Below, piece after piece: positions 13,701 to 28,700 of a stretch of 64,000 nt of DNA. This DNA comes from Eledone cirrhosa (taxonomy: Eukaryota). Position 1 is the stretch's first letter. Every line of letters starts with the position of its first letter. Made by a program: the position numbers and the translations under genes. The notes beneath the pieces are model-generated. The model ran no database searches, had not been told where the DNA came from, and worked only from the letters and a program-made list of their open reading frames with translations. The DNA lies in assembly GCA_964016885.1 (NCBI GenBank), contig OZ024740.1, forward strand, positions 353,524,001 through 353,588,000. Direction: 5' to 3'.

Positions 13701-16700
13701 GATGGAAGGTTTTAAAGACAAATATGATATGCTTAACTCATGATGGAGTTGTAGGGGGTGCTGTATTAATTTACGGTGGTCTTGGGCATTTAAATCAAAG
13801 TTGATCTCAGTGGTATTTGAACTCAGAGCACAGAGAGTGAGAACAAATACTGTGAAGCATTCTACCTTAAGTCTTAATGGCATAGACAATTCACTGACTA
13901 TTTAGATAAATATAAGCACTTTAAAAATAAACAGCTTTGTATAATAGAACTGGGGTGAGTCTCAGGCAGTTTGGTATTAAAAACGTTACGGTTGGATATG
14001 AGAGCAATGGAATAAACATAAGATGCAGGATTACGCCAACATACTCAATGGTATCAAACGATGGGTCCCGCATCAGTTTTAATGATCAATATTCAGTTGT
14101 TCAATCAATGTATTGCCCAGCTTGTGAATTAATGTTCAAGTGATTGAGTCTTCTACAGACACATGTTCTTCTAATGTACCCCAAGCCAAATCAGTAGGAC
14201 ACAATATGTGATAAGTCTAGACTTTTGAATTACAGGTAAAAGCCATCTGATAGGCTTCAGCAGTTTCTGCCAACGCAGTTTCACTCACAAGGCTTGAGTT
14301 GACCTGAAACTATGGTAAAGACATCTACTCAAGGTACCCCATCATGTGATAGTACCACAACCTCATGATTAGGAAGCAAATTTCTTAACCACTAAGGCAT
14401 GTCAGCATCTGGTATCAAATAACACATAGGTAGTTAACTACACTGCACCATCTTTTAAAGAGCTATTTCTTCACTTGATCTTCAGTCTTTATAGCTTGTT
14501 TATTTATCCAGCAATAAGGTCAAAGGTGCGTATGTGCTTGGAATTTTTTAGTCAGTATTGTTTTATGCTGTTCATTTGTGAAGTAATTTTGATGCAGATA
14601 AAGTTGTTTGCCATTGGTTTCTACTTGATAATAGTTAACTGCTTATCTATTACTGGATCAACTTCCTTTTGACATTTCAAAAACTAGACAATAATTCCTC
14701 ATTAATACTATTTTGGTTGCTTGTGACATATAAAAGAGAGGACTTTGCCTTTGTAACTTCTATCAAATTGGTGACAGTTCATATTTTATAACTGGTTCCA
14801 CACACGTATAGTGACTGAATATTTAGCATCCCTGGCTAGCTCTACAATGTGTCCCCTTCTGCCAAATATAATAATTTTCACTTACAGCTAAAATTATTAC
14901 ATTTGGGAGAAGTTTTTAACATTTCTTGCTCTCACTACTCTAAGAAAATTACTAAGCCTACAGTTTTTAATACACAGTCTAAACTCATCCATAACAAATT
15001 ATATTACAGATTATAATACCATACAATGCTTTGGGTATTTCCACAATGCTGCTACAGACCAAAGTTGTTTAGTGATTTATTTATTGATTGTAGGATATTA
15101 TTGTATATTTAAGTTAATTACACAAATTTTATAAAACTGATACTTTAAGGTTCAGTAATGCACCTCTCTCAAGTCTGTGCTCTAGGCAGTTGCCTAGTTT
15201 GTTTAATGGTAGCACTAGCCCCGGTGCTACAATCTCCATAATAAACACCTTTATCTATGAATCATCCTGTCCACCTAGCTGCAAGTAGCTACTATAGAAA
15301 TGAACACTTCATCACTGCCTGCAGCACTGAGCTTAAATTGGAAGCACTGTTCTGCTAGGCTAACTTAGTCTTGTTACATTGCATCAAGACAAATGTCTTC
15401 AGTGGCATGCTAATGTTACTCATTTTATTACAATATTTCCTAAGAATAAAATTAACTCTTAACGTCTTATACAGCAAGAAACTTCATTAGCGATATATTC
15501 ATAAAAAATCTAAAACAGAACTAGGACAGCATCACATTAAAAATTAAAATCTTTAGTTTACTGTATATTTTCACAGAGCTCTGTCCATCAGGAAAGATAC
15601 TGCCAATTTTGAATTAACAAATATATATTTTTAGATATTTTCTGTTAAATCATTAGAGAATATTAAGAATTAAAATCTAACCAAAACAAATCTCCCCTCT
15701 ACTTTAAAGAAAAAAAGGAAACAACAAACCGACATCAAGATTCAACTGGAATTAACACAATCATCATAATCATCAGTTAACAACCATTTTGTATGTTAGC
15801 AAGGTTTTAATGGGTCTTCAAAGACCAAGTCAGTACTCAAGTACTCAGCTGAGTTGGAGGCCTGCAACTCACTTACATATGATCCTGCAACTCTACTAGG
15901 GAGGTTGTTATGTTTTTTAAACAGCTGAAGGGTCCTCCTAAACTTTTGTTTTGCAAGTTTCCTATGGATGGATGCCCTTCCTATCAGTGATCACCTACTA
16001 AAATTAATATAATAATTTGACAAAAACTTACCATTGCATACAGGTTGTGAAAGCCATGTACTTGACTCGGTACCTTTGAGAACTTCTGGTTGAAAGCATC
16101 AGATATGTTGTGTGCTGGATCAGTGGAAATGATCAGAACAGTGTCACGCACTTTAGCCAATTCAACAGCCAGGCAACAGCTGAAATGAACAGAGTGAGTG
16201 AGGAAGAGAAAAAAAGTTTGTATTTGTAGTAAAGATCTCAGAAATTTTAAGCCTGGCAGAGCCCACCCCTCTCCAGGCCTGATTACAGCAGATTTCTTCC
16301 AGAAAGAGGAAGAATTGACCCCAGTACTAGACTGGTACTTTTTTTATTTATTGACCTTGAAAGTATGAAAGACTAAGTTGACCGTGGCGGGATTTGAACG
16401 CAGAGAGCCAGAACAAATACCATAAAACATTCTATCCAATGTTCTAATGACTCTGCCAATTCACTGCCTATATGATGTTTATGCAAACAGTAAAAACCAA
16501 AGTAAGAAACACCATTATTGTTGAGCACCAAGCTAGTACTGATCAATCAGACACATGATAGAGATGTTCAAACAGTGACTATCTCTCATTATCAAATATA
16601 CAATTCACTGATGTTATTTCTTTTAGATTTCATGTTTAACATCCAGAGAATTTGGTACACATTCCTGATAGCTCGGTCACCAAATGAAATGCAGACTAAA

Positions 16701-19700
16701 CTGTTCTGAAACACAACAAAACACAAGAGCAGGTAGTCAAGCATCTTATTCACTACTACCTTAAACATTTTGATACCTAACTGCCTGACACCACAAAGAG
16801 TTTATAATTTTATGTAAGAACTTTTGTTAAATCATATTCCAAACAAGAATTTTTTTCAAAATGATTCATACACAGTCTCTTTCATTAAAAATATGACAAG
16901 AATTAAAATAATATGATAGTTTATTAAAATATTAAAAAATAATTTTTTTATCAATGTTTTTGAAAAATTTTTAAATTCTGCTGAATGTTCTTTAATTAAT
17001 ATGTATCAATCAATACACATTTGATGAATGTGTACATCTGTGTCCCCCTCCACTACCACTCCTTATCTATTCACTTCATCATTACACTCACCTGACAATC
17101 CCAGCATTCTAGTGAGTGTCACCTGCCCCATGCTATGGACTACACCATCCACACCTTAACTACTATTGCCACTTAGGTATTCTCACTATCACTACACCTC
17201 CCTTTACCTCTATGTTATTGAAGGTCAGTTCTTCCCTCCTACTCATGACCTGGTCAAATTACACCAAACTTGTCATACACATAATTTCATACTTATCTTT
17301 CTTCTTCTCTCCTCATCAACCACACAGAGCAGAAAGGGCTCTTAAGCTGGGACAATAACCAACAACTCTAGTGTTGGTACCTTGAAAATGCACCTAGATG
17401 TAGAAACCTTGCCAAAAAGGTTGAGAGGTCCTGTCAGTATGTACTCAGTAGAGTGTGGGTTCGTATGTAAGCAAGATACTGATCCTGACCTGTCTGTGAG
17501 GTCAGTAGCCTCACTTCAGTTCTGACTCAGTCTCTGAAGATCCATCCAACCCTTACTAGCAGGGAAATCACTCTTTAAACGAAAATGATAATGCTGATTA
17601 TGATGTGTGTATGATTAGGTGTACATATGTGTGTGTGCAGGTATTATATATATTATTATCATCATTTTTGACATCCGGTTTCCTTGCCAGCAGCGGTTAG
17701 ATGGGCTACTCAACATTTTGTTTGGTAATTTTTTTAAGGTTGGATGCCCTTCCTATCACCAACCACTTTACAGAGTGCACTATGTGCATTTTATCATGGC
17801 ACCAACACTAGAGAGGCTGTTGTGCCCTGGAAACTAATGGATAGTCCCCTCAAACCTATTAGGTATGGTTTCTATAGCTGGATGCTCTTCCTATTGCCAG
17901 CCACATTACAAGGTTGACTGGGTGCTTTTTGTCATGGCACCAGCACTACCTCATTACAACACTAGTACCCCACTGCATAAATTCACATATAGATGCACTA
18001 ATATGCATACAAATACACACACACATATATATATTATTATACACCATGTGTATCCAGTTTAGAATAAGTACAACATATCACTGTGAGAATCAACTGAAAG
18101 GGTTAGTATCAGGAAGAGTATCTGGCTGTAAAACAATGCCTCAAAATATTGCATCCAACCCATGCCAGCAAGGAAAGGTCGATGTAAAATGCTGCTGATA
18201 ATGATGTGTGTACAACCATCCTATCATGCCTTTTTCTTGACTTAAGTTTTGAAGTGGTCAGTTCACTTTGTTTTGTCTTTTCTTTGACTCTTATTATTAT
18301 CATTATTAGTTCCAGGGCGGTGGATTGGCAGTATCGGTAGAGGGTCGGACGCCATGCTTTGCAGCAAAGAGTTACGGCCCTTTATGGTGTGAGTTCAAAT
18401 CCCGCCGAGGTTAACTTTGCCTTTCATCCTTACAGGGTCGATAAAATAAAGTACCAGTAATACACTGGGATAATTGCTGGCCTTGTGCCAAAAGTAGAAA
18501 TAATTATTAGTTCCAGGGTCATTGGTCGAACTAATTCATCTTTCTATTTCTTCTATGGTTACCTTTGTATATTGTTTTGTCACTTTTGCCCTACATTTTA
18601 TTGTAGGAGTATTCCTACTCTGTATCGGTATGTACAATTTTTGTCTTCCCAGTCCAATTGGTTGAAAAGACCCAATCTATACTGTTCAGTATCTGTTATG
18701 TTTTATCTGGAATCTGGTATAGCTCTCTTTCCTAAGAAACTACTTGTGCCTTGGGGAAAGTAGTACGGTCTTTTAAACTACTTAAAACTAGACAACATCA
18801 AGTAGACAGCTGATGAGCAGGAATTCTCTATGTGTTTACCATCACCAAATTTTATGCGCCCCTCGTTTGTCCCACATGTTAATTTTGGATTTTATATATA
18901 TATGCATATACACACACACATCATCATCAATCATTTTACGTCTGCTTTTCCCTGCTTGCAAGGGTGGGACGGGTCTTATTCAGCACAGCATCTCTCCACT
19001 CGTCACGGTCCTTCGTCATCTCCACCGTGAGCTTCAATGATCTGAGGTCTGTTCTCACCACCTCCCCCCATGTTTTTCGTGGTCTACCGTCAACTAGCAT
19101 TTCCTGGCTCTTCTTCACCCATCGGTCATCTTCCATGCGCATCACATGTCCATACCACCTCAGTCTTCTCTCCCGTACACTACATTCTATCCCTCTCAGA
19201 CACAGTTTCTCTCTCAACACATTTATGCTGGGTCGTTCACGCACATTTACACTGCACATCCAACGGAGCATGCTTGCCTCATTTCTCTCCAGCCGTCGCA
19301 TATCCTCTGCAGTTGCTGCCCATGTCTCACTACCATGCAGCATCGCGCTCCTCACACAGGCATCATACAACCGGCCTTTCGTACGCAGGGAGAAACCCTT
19401 CTTCGTCAACAGAGGAAGCAGTTCCCTAAACTTCTTCCAACCCGCCCTTATTCTAGATACTATGGCCTCGGAACACTCTCCTCCCATGCTGATCTGATCT
19501 CCTAGGTACCAGAAGCTATCCATCACTTCTATAGCGCCCTCCTGCATTTGAAAAATGTGTCTATCAATGCGACTTCTACTGTCTAATTTCCCTGTACATC
19601 TACTGCATACGTATTTCTCCCTACCTGTTAGTTTGCCTGCTATCCCACTACATCTCTTGTGCACCCAGGATCTGCATTGTGTGCATTTTATAGAATTTAT

Positions 19701-22700
19701 GCCAGTTCCTTTTCTGCATATCGAACATGGCCATTTCCCTGATGGAATCAGGGTTTTGTCCTCTTTTCTACTCATCAACACTTTTGTCTTAGCTAGATTC
19801 ACTCTCAGTCCTCTTGCTTCCAACTGCTGTTTCCATAGCCAGAATTTATTCTCTAGCTCCTCTACTGATTCTGCTATAAGAACCAGATCGTCAGCATAGA
19901 GAAGTTCCCATGGACAGCCAGTCTTAAACTCCTCTGTTATGGCTTGGAGGACTATAATGAACAAGAGCGGGCTGAGGACCGAACCCTGATGTACTCCTAC
20001 TTGTATCTGGAATTCCTACCCTGACTTTACTGAGAGTACCTCTGTACAAAGTTTGCACTGTCCTCACAAGCCATTCCTCAACACCTAGCTTCCTTAGGGA
20101 CCACCAGATGACAGATCGGGGGTACCCTATCAAAGGCTTTCTCTAGGTCAACAAAGGCTAAGTATAGTGGCTTATTCTTCTCTAAGAACCTCTCTTGCAA
20201 TTGTCTCACCAAGAAGAGGGCATCTGTTGTACTCTTCCCAGGCACAAAACCAAACTGCATCTCATCTAGTTTGACCCTTTCTCTAATTAGTTGCGCTAAA
20301 ATCCTTTCTGCCACTTTCATAACCTGATCTATCAGTTTTATACCCCTATAATTGCTCCTCTCCAGAGCATCCCCTTTACCTTTGTAGCAATTTATGAGAA
20401 TACTGCTGCACCAGTCTTTGGGTATGACACCACCATATATAGCCTGATTGATGATGCGTGCAACCAGTTTAGTGCCTACGTCCCCTGATGCCTTTAGCAT
20501 CTCAGCAACTATTCCCGATGGTCCGGCAGCCTTACCATTTTTCATTTCCCTAATCGCCTCTTGGACCCTATATTCGTCAATCTCAATAGCTGGTCCCTCT
20601 GTCGGATCTACCAAGGGTAATTTCTCTCTCTCCCATTTGTTCTCCACATTCATCAGTCTCTCATAATGACACTTCCAGGCCTCCTTTTTCTGATCATTCG
20701 TGACACTAAGTACACCGGCATCATCCCGGACACATTTATCTCCAACAAAATCCTGATTTGCATTGACACACTGCCTTGCAATGTGGAACACCGCACGCCT
20801 CTGATCTTCCCATCGCAGAACATTGGCAAACCTCCTACTCTCTGCCTCCCTGACGTCTAGCTTCTCTCTTAGTGGCTGTATATTCTTCCCTACTCCCACC
20901 CTTTTTCCAAGCCTTCCATGCTAGTCTTTTGTCTCTAATAGCCTTATCTACTGTGCTGTTCCACCACCAGGTCACTCTCTGTCTGGTTGGAGCTCTGCTC
21001 CAGCCACAAGTTTCATCAGTAGCCTGCAGCAAGTTGTCACGTAAGAAATTCCAGTTATTATCTGTCATACGTCTCTAAATCGTCTTCTTTTTCGTCATAT
21101 ACATCTTGAAGCGCTTTCCTAAATTTGTATTTTAGTGAAAGGTCTTTTAGCTTCCAGACCTTTCTTCTCCACACCTTCCTATATGTCTCATTCCATCTCT
21201 TGCTTACTGAGATATCACTAACAACTAACCTATGCTGTGGGGTACATTCTTTCCCAGGGTATGCCTTGGTATTAGACACTAGTAAGAAGTCAATCTGGCT
21301 TATGTGCTCACCAGATTTGTAGGTTATTAGGTGATTGGCAGGTTTCTGGAAGTTTGTGTTGCAAATAGTCAATGTACCTGCAAATAGTCAATGTACCTGC
21401 ATCACAAAATTCAAGAAGTCTCACTCCTTCTTCATTTCTTGAACCGTAACCGTGCTCACCATGTACCCCAGTGTAACCATCCTGGAGCTGTCCAACATGA
21501 CCATTGAAGTCTCCTGCTAGCATAACGATGTCTCCATCCTCTGTCATTGCGGTTGTTTGCAAAAGTTGCTCATAAAAGCAGTCTTTCTCATCTTTGCCTA
21601 GGCCTGCTTGGGGAGCATAGGCCGAGATGATTGTCAGTAGTCTCCTACCTACAACTAATCTAAGCTTAATTATTCGATTACTAACTCGAACTACTTCTAT
21701 TGTCTTATTGATCCATTTCTCAGCCAGGAAAATGCCTACTCCCCCTAACCCATCATCCTTACCTACCCAGAATAGCTTATAGCTAAGACGTTTGCCTACG
21801 ACTAGTCTCGCAGAGGCACCTCTCCATCTCACCTCATATATATATATAAACATACAAACCCACTCAGGCATGGATAAACATTTTTTTGTTATTCATAGGT
21901 ATTGACAGACATATCTATAAATACATATACAAGGCAAGAGAAAAACATCTAGACTCACTTAAGTTTATTTATACATATATGTCTATCATCATCATCATTT
22001 TAACATCTGCTTTCCCTGCTAGCAAAGGTTGGACGGGTCTACATAGACCAAGTCAGTACTGAAGTGGAGCCACTGATCTCCCAGGCAGGCCAGGGATCAG
22101 TGTCTCACTTTATATACAGTTGACACCCACTGAGAGCACAGGAGAGGTTGCCATATTTTTGACTCAATTGAGGGTCTTCCCAACCCTTTTATCTACCCCT
22201 ATATATATAAACATGGTTTTCATGTCTGTTTTCCATGCTTGCATGGGTTTGACAGGTCCATTCCAGCACAACCTTTCTCCACTCATTGCATTCCTCCATC
22301 ACTTTTCTGAGTTCCAATGTTTTCAGATCCACTCTCACTCTTCTGCTTAGGTTTTCCTTGGTCTTCTTATAGTGCAGCTTCCTTCCTCTTGGAACTCCTG
22401 GCACTACTTCACCTAATGAACATCATCCCTACTCATCACATGACTCCATCAGCAGTCTTTTCTCTTGCACACTACATTTGATTTCTCTAATACTCATTTT
22501 CTCTCTCAGCTCATCCGTCAAAGCATCATTTCTTCATTTTCTTCAAACATTTGCACATCCTCTGCATTTACCTCCCACATATGCATCATACAGCCACTCT
22601 TTTGTTCTTATTCTAGGTACTATGCTTTCAGAACAACTGCTTCCACTGTTAATTAGTTCACCTAGGTAGCAAAAGCTATCAACTACTTCTATCGAGCCTT

Positions 22701-25700
22701 CCTGGGATTGGAAAGTTTATTTTACTAGGACTCTTACTATTACCTACTCTTAAGCATCTCCCATATCTGTTAATCTGCCTACAATTCCATGGGACATCTT
22801 TTGTACTTATATATCATCATCATCATCATCTTCGTTTATCGTCTATTTTCCACGCTAGCATGGGTTAGACGGGAGTTGTCCCACTTGAGGCAAGGTTGGT
22901 CGGGTGACCGTGTCTCACTCGTATAGGACTATCTGGCAGGTTTTCTACGGCTGTATGCCCTTCCTAACACCAACCACATTTACAGTGTGGAACTGGGAAC
23001 TTTTTACTGTGTTACCTACACGGCCACATTACAGCGTGGACTGTGTGTTTTTTCTCGTGACACCTACACGATCTCGATCTCATTATCTCATTTATTTGGA
23101 CTGGATGTTGTGGTACCAACTTTACAGAGAGAGGGTGGTGTTGGTGGGAGTGGGAGGATAGGGTAGGGGTAGTGGATTGGGGTGTATATTTGGTTAAGAG
23201 GTGCTTATTGACTGTAGGTTTCGCTTTGTATATAGGCAGGGTGGGTTTCTGTATTACTGCGTAGCACCAAAGATCTCAGTCCAGTGACATTGTCTTAGAG
23301 AGGTGCAAGTGTGTAAGGTCGGAATTTATCAGATCATCCCAGGTTTTTCTGGGTCTACCTACTCCAAAACTACCATCTATTTTGGGTCTACCTACTCCAT
23401 AACAACCATCAATTTTGATCGCCCTGCACTTTTTTATACAGCTGTCGTCTTTCATGCGCATCACGTGGCCATACCAACGTAGTCTTCTCTCAAGTAAACA
23501 GCATCTGATTCCTCTTATTCCTAATTTCTCACTTAGTTCATTTATGCTTTGCCGTTCACGTATATTACTATTACGCATCCAACGGAGCATGCATGCTTCG
23601 TTCCTTTCCAGTCTATGCAGGTCCTCTGCACGTAATGCCCATGTCTCACTGCCACGTAGCATCGCTGTTCGTATGCAGGCATCGTACAGTCTGCCTTTCA
23701 TTTTTAGAGAGAAACCTTTTGTGGCCAACAGCGGTATAAGCTCTCTGAACTTTTTCCATCCCGTTCTGACTCTGGCTACTGTACTTTCAGAAGACCCTCC
23801 ACCACTGCTGATTTCGTCACCCAGGTAACGGAAAGTGTCTACTATTTCTATAGAACCATCTGGGCAATAGAAGGAGTTAGTATCCTGTGGGCACTTGCTA
23901 CTTATTGCACCTGAGCATCGGCCACATATAAAGTCTACATTCTTAGATAGTTTACCTTGGATCCCACTACATCTTTTATGTACCCATACTTTGCATTTGG
24001 GACATAAAATGGAATTTCTGCCTACTCCTTTCCTACACACTGAGCATGGCCATTTCCCTGAGGGTACCTGTGCCTTATTTTCTTTTCTACAAACTAGGAC
24101 TTTAGTCTTAGACAAATTAACTTTAAGGCCTTTTGATTCTAGGCCATGCTTCCATGTTTGGAATTTCTTCTCTAGTTCAGCCATTGATTCAGCTATGAGC
24201 GTTAGATCATCTGCGTATAGGAGTTCCCATGAGCAGCCGGTCTTGAACTCCTCTGTTATAGCCTGAAGGGCAATAATAAATAGGAGGGGGCTAAGGACAG
24301 AGCCTTGGTGAACACCAACTTTTAAACTAAATTCTTCACAATATTCATTGTTAATTCTAACCTTACTGACTGTTTCATTATACATAGCTAGTATAGCTCT
24401 CACAAGCCATTCATCTACACCTAGTTTTCTAAGAGCCCACCAGATAATGGAGCGGGGGACTCTGTCAAAGGCTTTCTCCAGGTCTACAAAAGCTAAGTAG
24501 AGGGGTTTACTTTTAGCTAGATACTTCTCTTGTAGTTGTCGTACAAGGAAAAGAGCGTCTGTGGTACTTTTACCTGACACAAACCCAAACAGCATTCCAT
24601 CTAGATCGATTCGCTCTCTGATTAGTTGCGCTATAACTCTTTCTGTGACCTTCATGACCTGGTCAGCTAACTTAATGCCTCTATATTTTCCTCTATCTAG
24701 AGCATCTCCTTTACCCTTGTAGCAGTTAATGATGATGCTGCTATGCCAGTCTTTTGGTATGACCCCATTCTGTATTACTTGGTTAACTATATGGGTGACC
24801 ATAGTATGTCCCACCATTCCAGATGCCTTCAACATCTCAGCAACTATCTCCGAAGGCCCAGCTGCCTTGCCTGAATTCATATTTTTGATTGCCTTACTTA
24901 TTATACTACCTTTAACTTGCACCACTGATCCTTCTATTGGATCGATTTGGGGCAGACTATCTTTTTCCCCCTTATTCTCCTCATTTAATAGTCTCTCGTA
25001 GTGACACTTCCAGGCTATCTTCTTATCAGCATCAGTGAGGGCAAGTACACCGTTATCATTACGGACACACTTCTCCCGACAATATCACGGTTTTCCTTGA
25101 CACATTGTCTATCAATCCTGAACACCTCACGTTGTGGAACATGCTTGAACATTCTTTCCTCTGCTTCCCTTTTTGCAAGGTACACTTGCCTCCTAGCTTC
25201 TCTCCTGGCCACTTGATAGTGCTCTCTACTTCCCCCATCCTGCCATACTTTCCAAGCCTGCTTTTTGGCCTTGATTGTCTCTTCTACCTTACTGTTTCAC
25301 CACCAAGTTACTCTCCTCCTGCCAATAGGTCTGCTCCAGTCACAGATTTCATCTGTTGCTTTCAGCAGGTTCACTTTCAAGAATTGCCACTGTTCCTCTA
25401 TATCGCATGTCTCTAATTGCTCTTCCTTATTGTCAAAGGCATCAAATAATAAGCTTTTAAATTTGTCACTGGCTATTGGGTCCTTCAACTTCCATATTCT
25501 TCTCCTCAAGGTAAGCCTCCTCTGTCGTCGAGTACGTCTATTCCTGACTATGAGGTCACTAACTACTAGGCTATGTTGGGAGGTGCATTCTTCAGGGGGG
25601 AGGGATTTAGTGTTTACAACAGACACTTTGTCCCGTCTTCTAGTAAGGATATAATCTATCTGGTTGGCGTGTTCCCCTGATCTATAAGTGATCAAGTGGT

Positions 25701-28700
25701 TTTCACGTTTTTTGAAGTTTGTGTTACAGATAATTAGGTTATTGGCGTCACAGAATTCCAGGATTCTGAAGCCTTCCTCATTTCTATTTCAAACCCCATA
25801 GCCTCCATGGATTCCACCATAGCCATCACTATGTTGTCCAACGTGGCCGTTTAGATCACCAGCAATAATTAAGTAGTCGCTGTCGGTTATTTGGGAGGTA
25901 GTGTGCATTAGCGTCTCATAGAAACTGTTCTTTATAACGTCAGGTAGACCAGATTGGGGTGCATAAGCAGATATTATTGTCACAGTAGTTCTATTTAGAA
26001 CTAGCCTTATTTTAATTATTCTGTCATTTACTCTATTTACGTCAATTACCTTATCTACCCATTTTTCTGCTAACATAATTCCTACTCCACCCTGTCCGTT
26101 GTCATTTCCCACCCAGAAAAGTTTATAACATCGTTTTTTACCCACGATGAATCTGGCAGACCCCCCTCTCCACCTAGTCTCTCGAATACAACAAACATCA
26201 ACTTCTTTACGTTCAAGCATTTGAGCGACCTTTCAATGTGCCTACGTTCATGGTACCAACTCTGAAGTTGGGAGGGTATACACATACATACATTTATATA
26301 CATTTGTTGAACCTCTAGTTTTGACGAGCATTCAACAAAAGTGTATCCTTAATGTAATTCTCTAAAGCAATGACACGGGACCGAGACCTCTGGCGTTATG
26401 CATTAATACAAAACACCCGACTTCCCATGCAAGTCAAAGCTGAAGCATATAGACAGTTGCCCCCACCCCCGCCCACTGTAAAATTGTCATGTAGACGTCA
26501 CAACAAAAAAGCACCCAGTCCACACTGTAGAGTGGTTGTGTAGGCACCACGGTAAAAAAGCACCCAGTATTCACAGTAAATGAGGATAGTGTTAGGAAGG
26601 GCATCCAGCTGTAGAAATCAAGCCCAAATCAGTTCTGTATGAGCAAGACATGGTCACATGACCTGGCATTGCCCACAACAGGACAACCCGTCTAACCTAT
26701 GCTAGCGTGGAAGAATAGACGTAAAACAGTGATGATAATTCAGTGTGCCAGAGCTAGCCCTATGAATACATGAACAACTCAGTTTACCAGCTGACAGGAC
26801 TGTAGCAACATGAAATAAGCACAACACCCTACTGGGAATTAAATCAAAACCTTACAATCATAATCTAAACACCTTAACCACTCAGCCCCATGCTTTCACA
26901 CATACACATATGTATGTGCAAATGCATATATATGTATTAAATAATAAATTCTAGATCACATCATATACATATATTAGAATATTTAAGATAAATTTAATGT
27001 ATATATATAAATACAGTTTTTAAATTAGAAGCCTTTGCTGTGAAAACAAATGAAGCATAAATACTTTCGACTATTTGTTTGGAACCAGAAAACCAAAAGA
27101 TTACCTATATGCATTAGGAGGCTTTAAGTTTCCTTATCAGAAGATAATTAGCCCTATGAATCAGTATACAGAGGAATATCAATATGATAATGCTTTATAT
27201 GTCAAGCAGGATGTAGAATAAGGCTGAAACGATCAGTCTAATTCTACAATCAAGAATAGTGCATGTTCTGGGTGCATTTAATCATGGCATCAGTAGCACT
27301 ATAGGGTTGTGTTGAACTTATATTGTTTGTTTGATTGCCAACCACTGTACAGAGTGAACTGGGTGCAGTTTATTATGATAACACTAGTTGTGGAATCAAA
27401 TGGATGAGATTTGTGATTAATGACTGGTACCATGATAAAATGCAGCACTGCTCCCCCTGAGAGATTAGTAGCTCCGATTAATAACTGATTTGATCTGTGA
27501 TGAACCATCCAACTCATAATAGAAGGGAAAATAGAAGTTAAGTGATGATATACAAATTACTCTGATTATGAGGTTTCTTCCCATAAATATACATACATAC
27601 ACACACACACATGTATATATATATAAAAACCTGGGACGATCTGATAAATTCCGACCTTACACACTTGCACTTCTCTAAGACAATGTCACTGGACCGAGAT
27701 CTTTGGCGCTACGCAGTAATACAGAAGACCCGCCTTGCCTATGTACAAAGCGAAACCTACAGTCAGTAGGCACCTTCTATCCAAATATACACCCCCGATC
27801 CACTACACCTACCCTATCCTCCCACTCCCACCAACAAAGTTGGTACCACAACATCCAGTTCAAATAAATGAGATAATGAGATCGAGATCGTGTAGGTGTC
27901 ACGACAAAAAAAAATAAATAAATAAACTCACAGTCCACGCTGTAATGTGACCGTGTAGGTAACACGGTAAAAAGTTCCCAGTTCCACACTGTAAATGTGG
28001 TTGGTGTTAGGAAAAGCATCCAGCCGTAGAACGCCTGCCAGATAGTCCTATGAGCGAGACACGGTCACCCGACCAACCTTGCCTCAAGTGGCACAACTCC
28101 CGTCTAACCCATGCTAGCGTGGAACATAGACGATAAACGAAGATGATGATGATGATGATGATGATATATATATATTAAAAAGAATAAATTATGATAATTT
28201 CAAACGTGATGATAGAAGAAACAAAAGCTATAGGAGTTGATAAATTCTAGAATGCCACTGAGCCATCCTTGGGAAGCCTTGTATGCGATCATTTTAAAAC
28301 CAAACCACTTGGTTCTATAATACTATACTGTTTATTTTAAAATGTTTTTTAAAAAAATATTTATCTAAAAACCTTTAAGTTATGTTCCAATCAACAGATA
28401 AATGATGAGAAAGCTTGTTATATTACTAAATCCTTTATTATTTTCAAAATATATTTGAAAATCATAAGCAGTTTTTCATTACAAATATGGTAATAAAAGG
28501 ATTAAATTAAAACTATCTTTAAAAAAAGTAACCCCTCCCCACGACACATTTACTGATAAAACTTTGAAAACAGTCAGCTGGAACGTATACGATTAGAATT
28601 CCGTTCAATCAGAGTTGACCCAGGGTTAAACAATAACAAATCTCTTTGTTATAACTCAAGAAGTTATGATTAAACATGTTATCAATGTACTTATAGCGTC

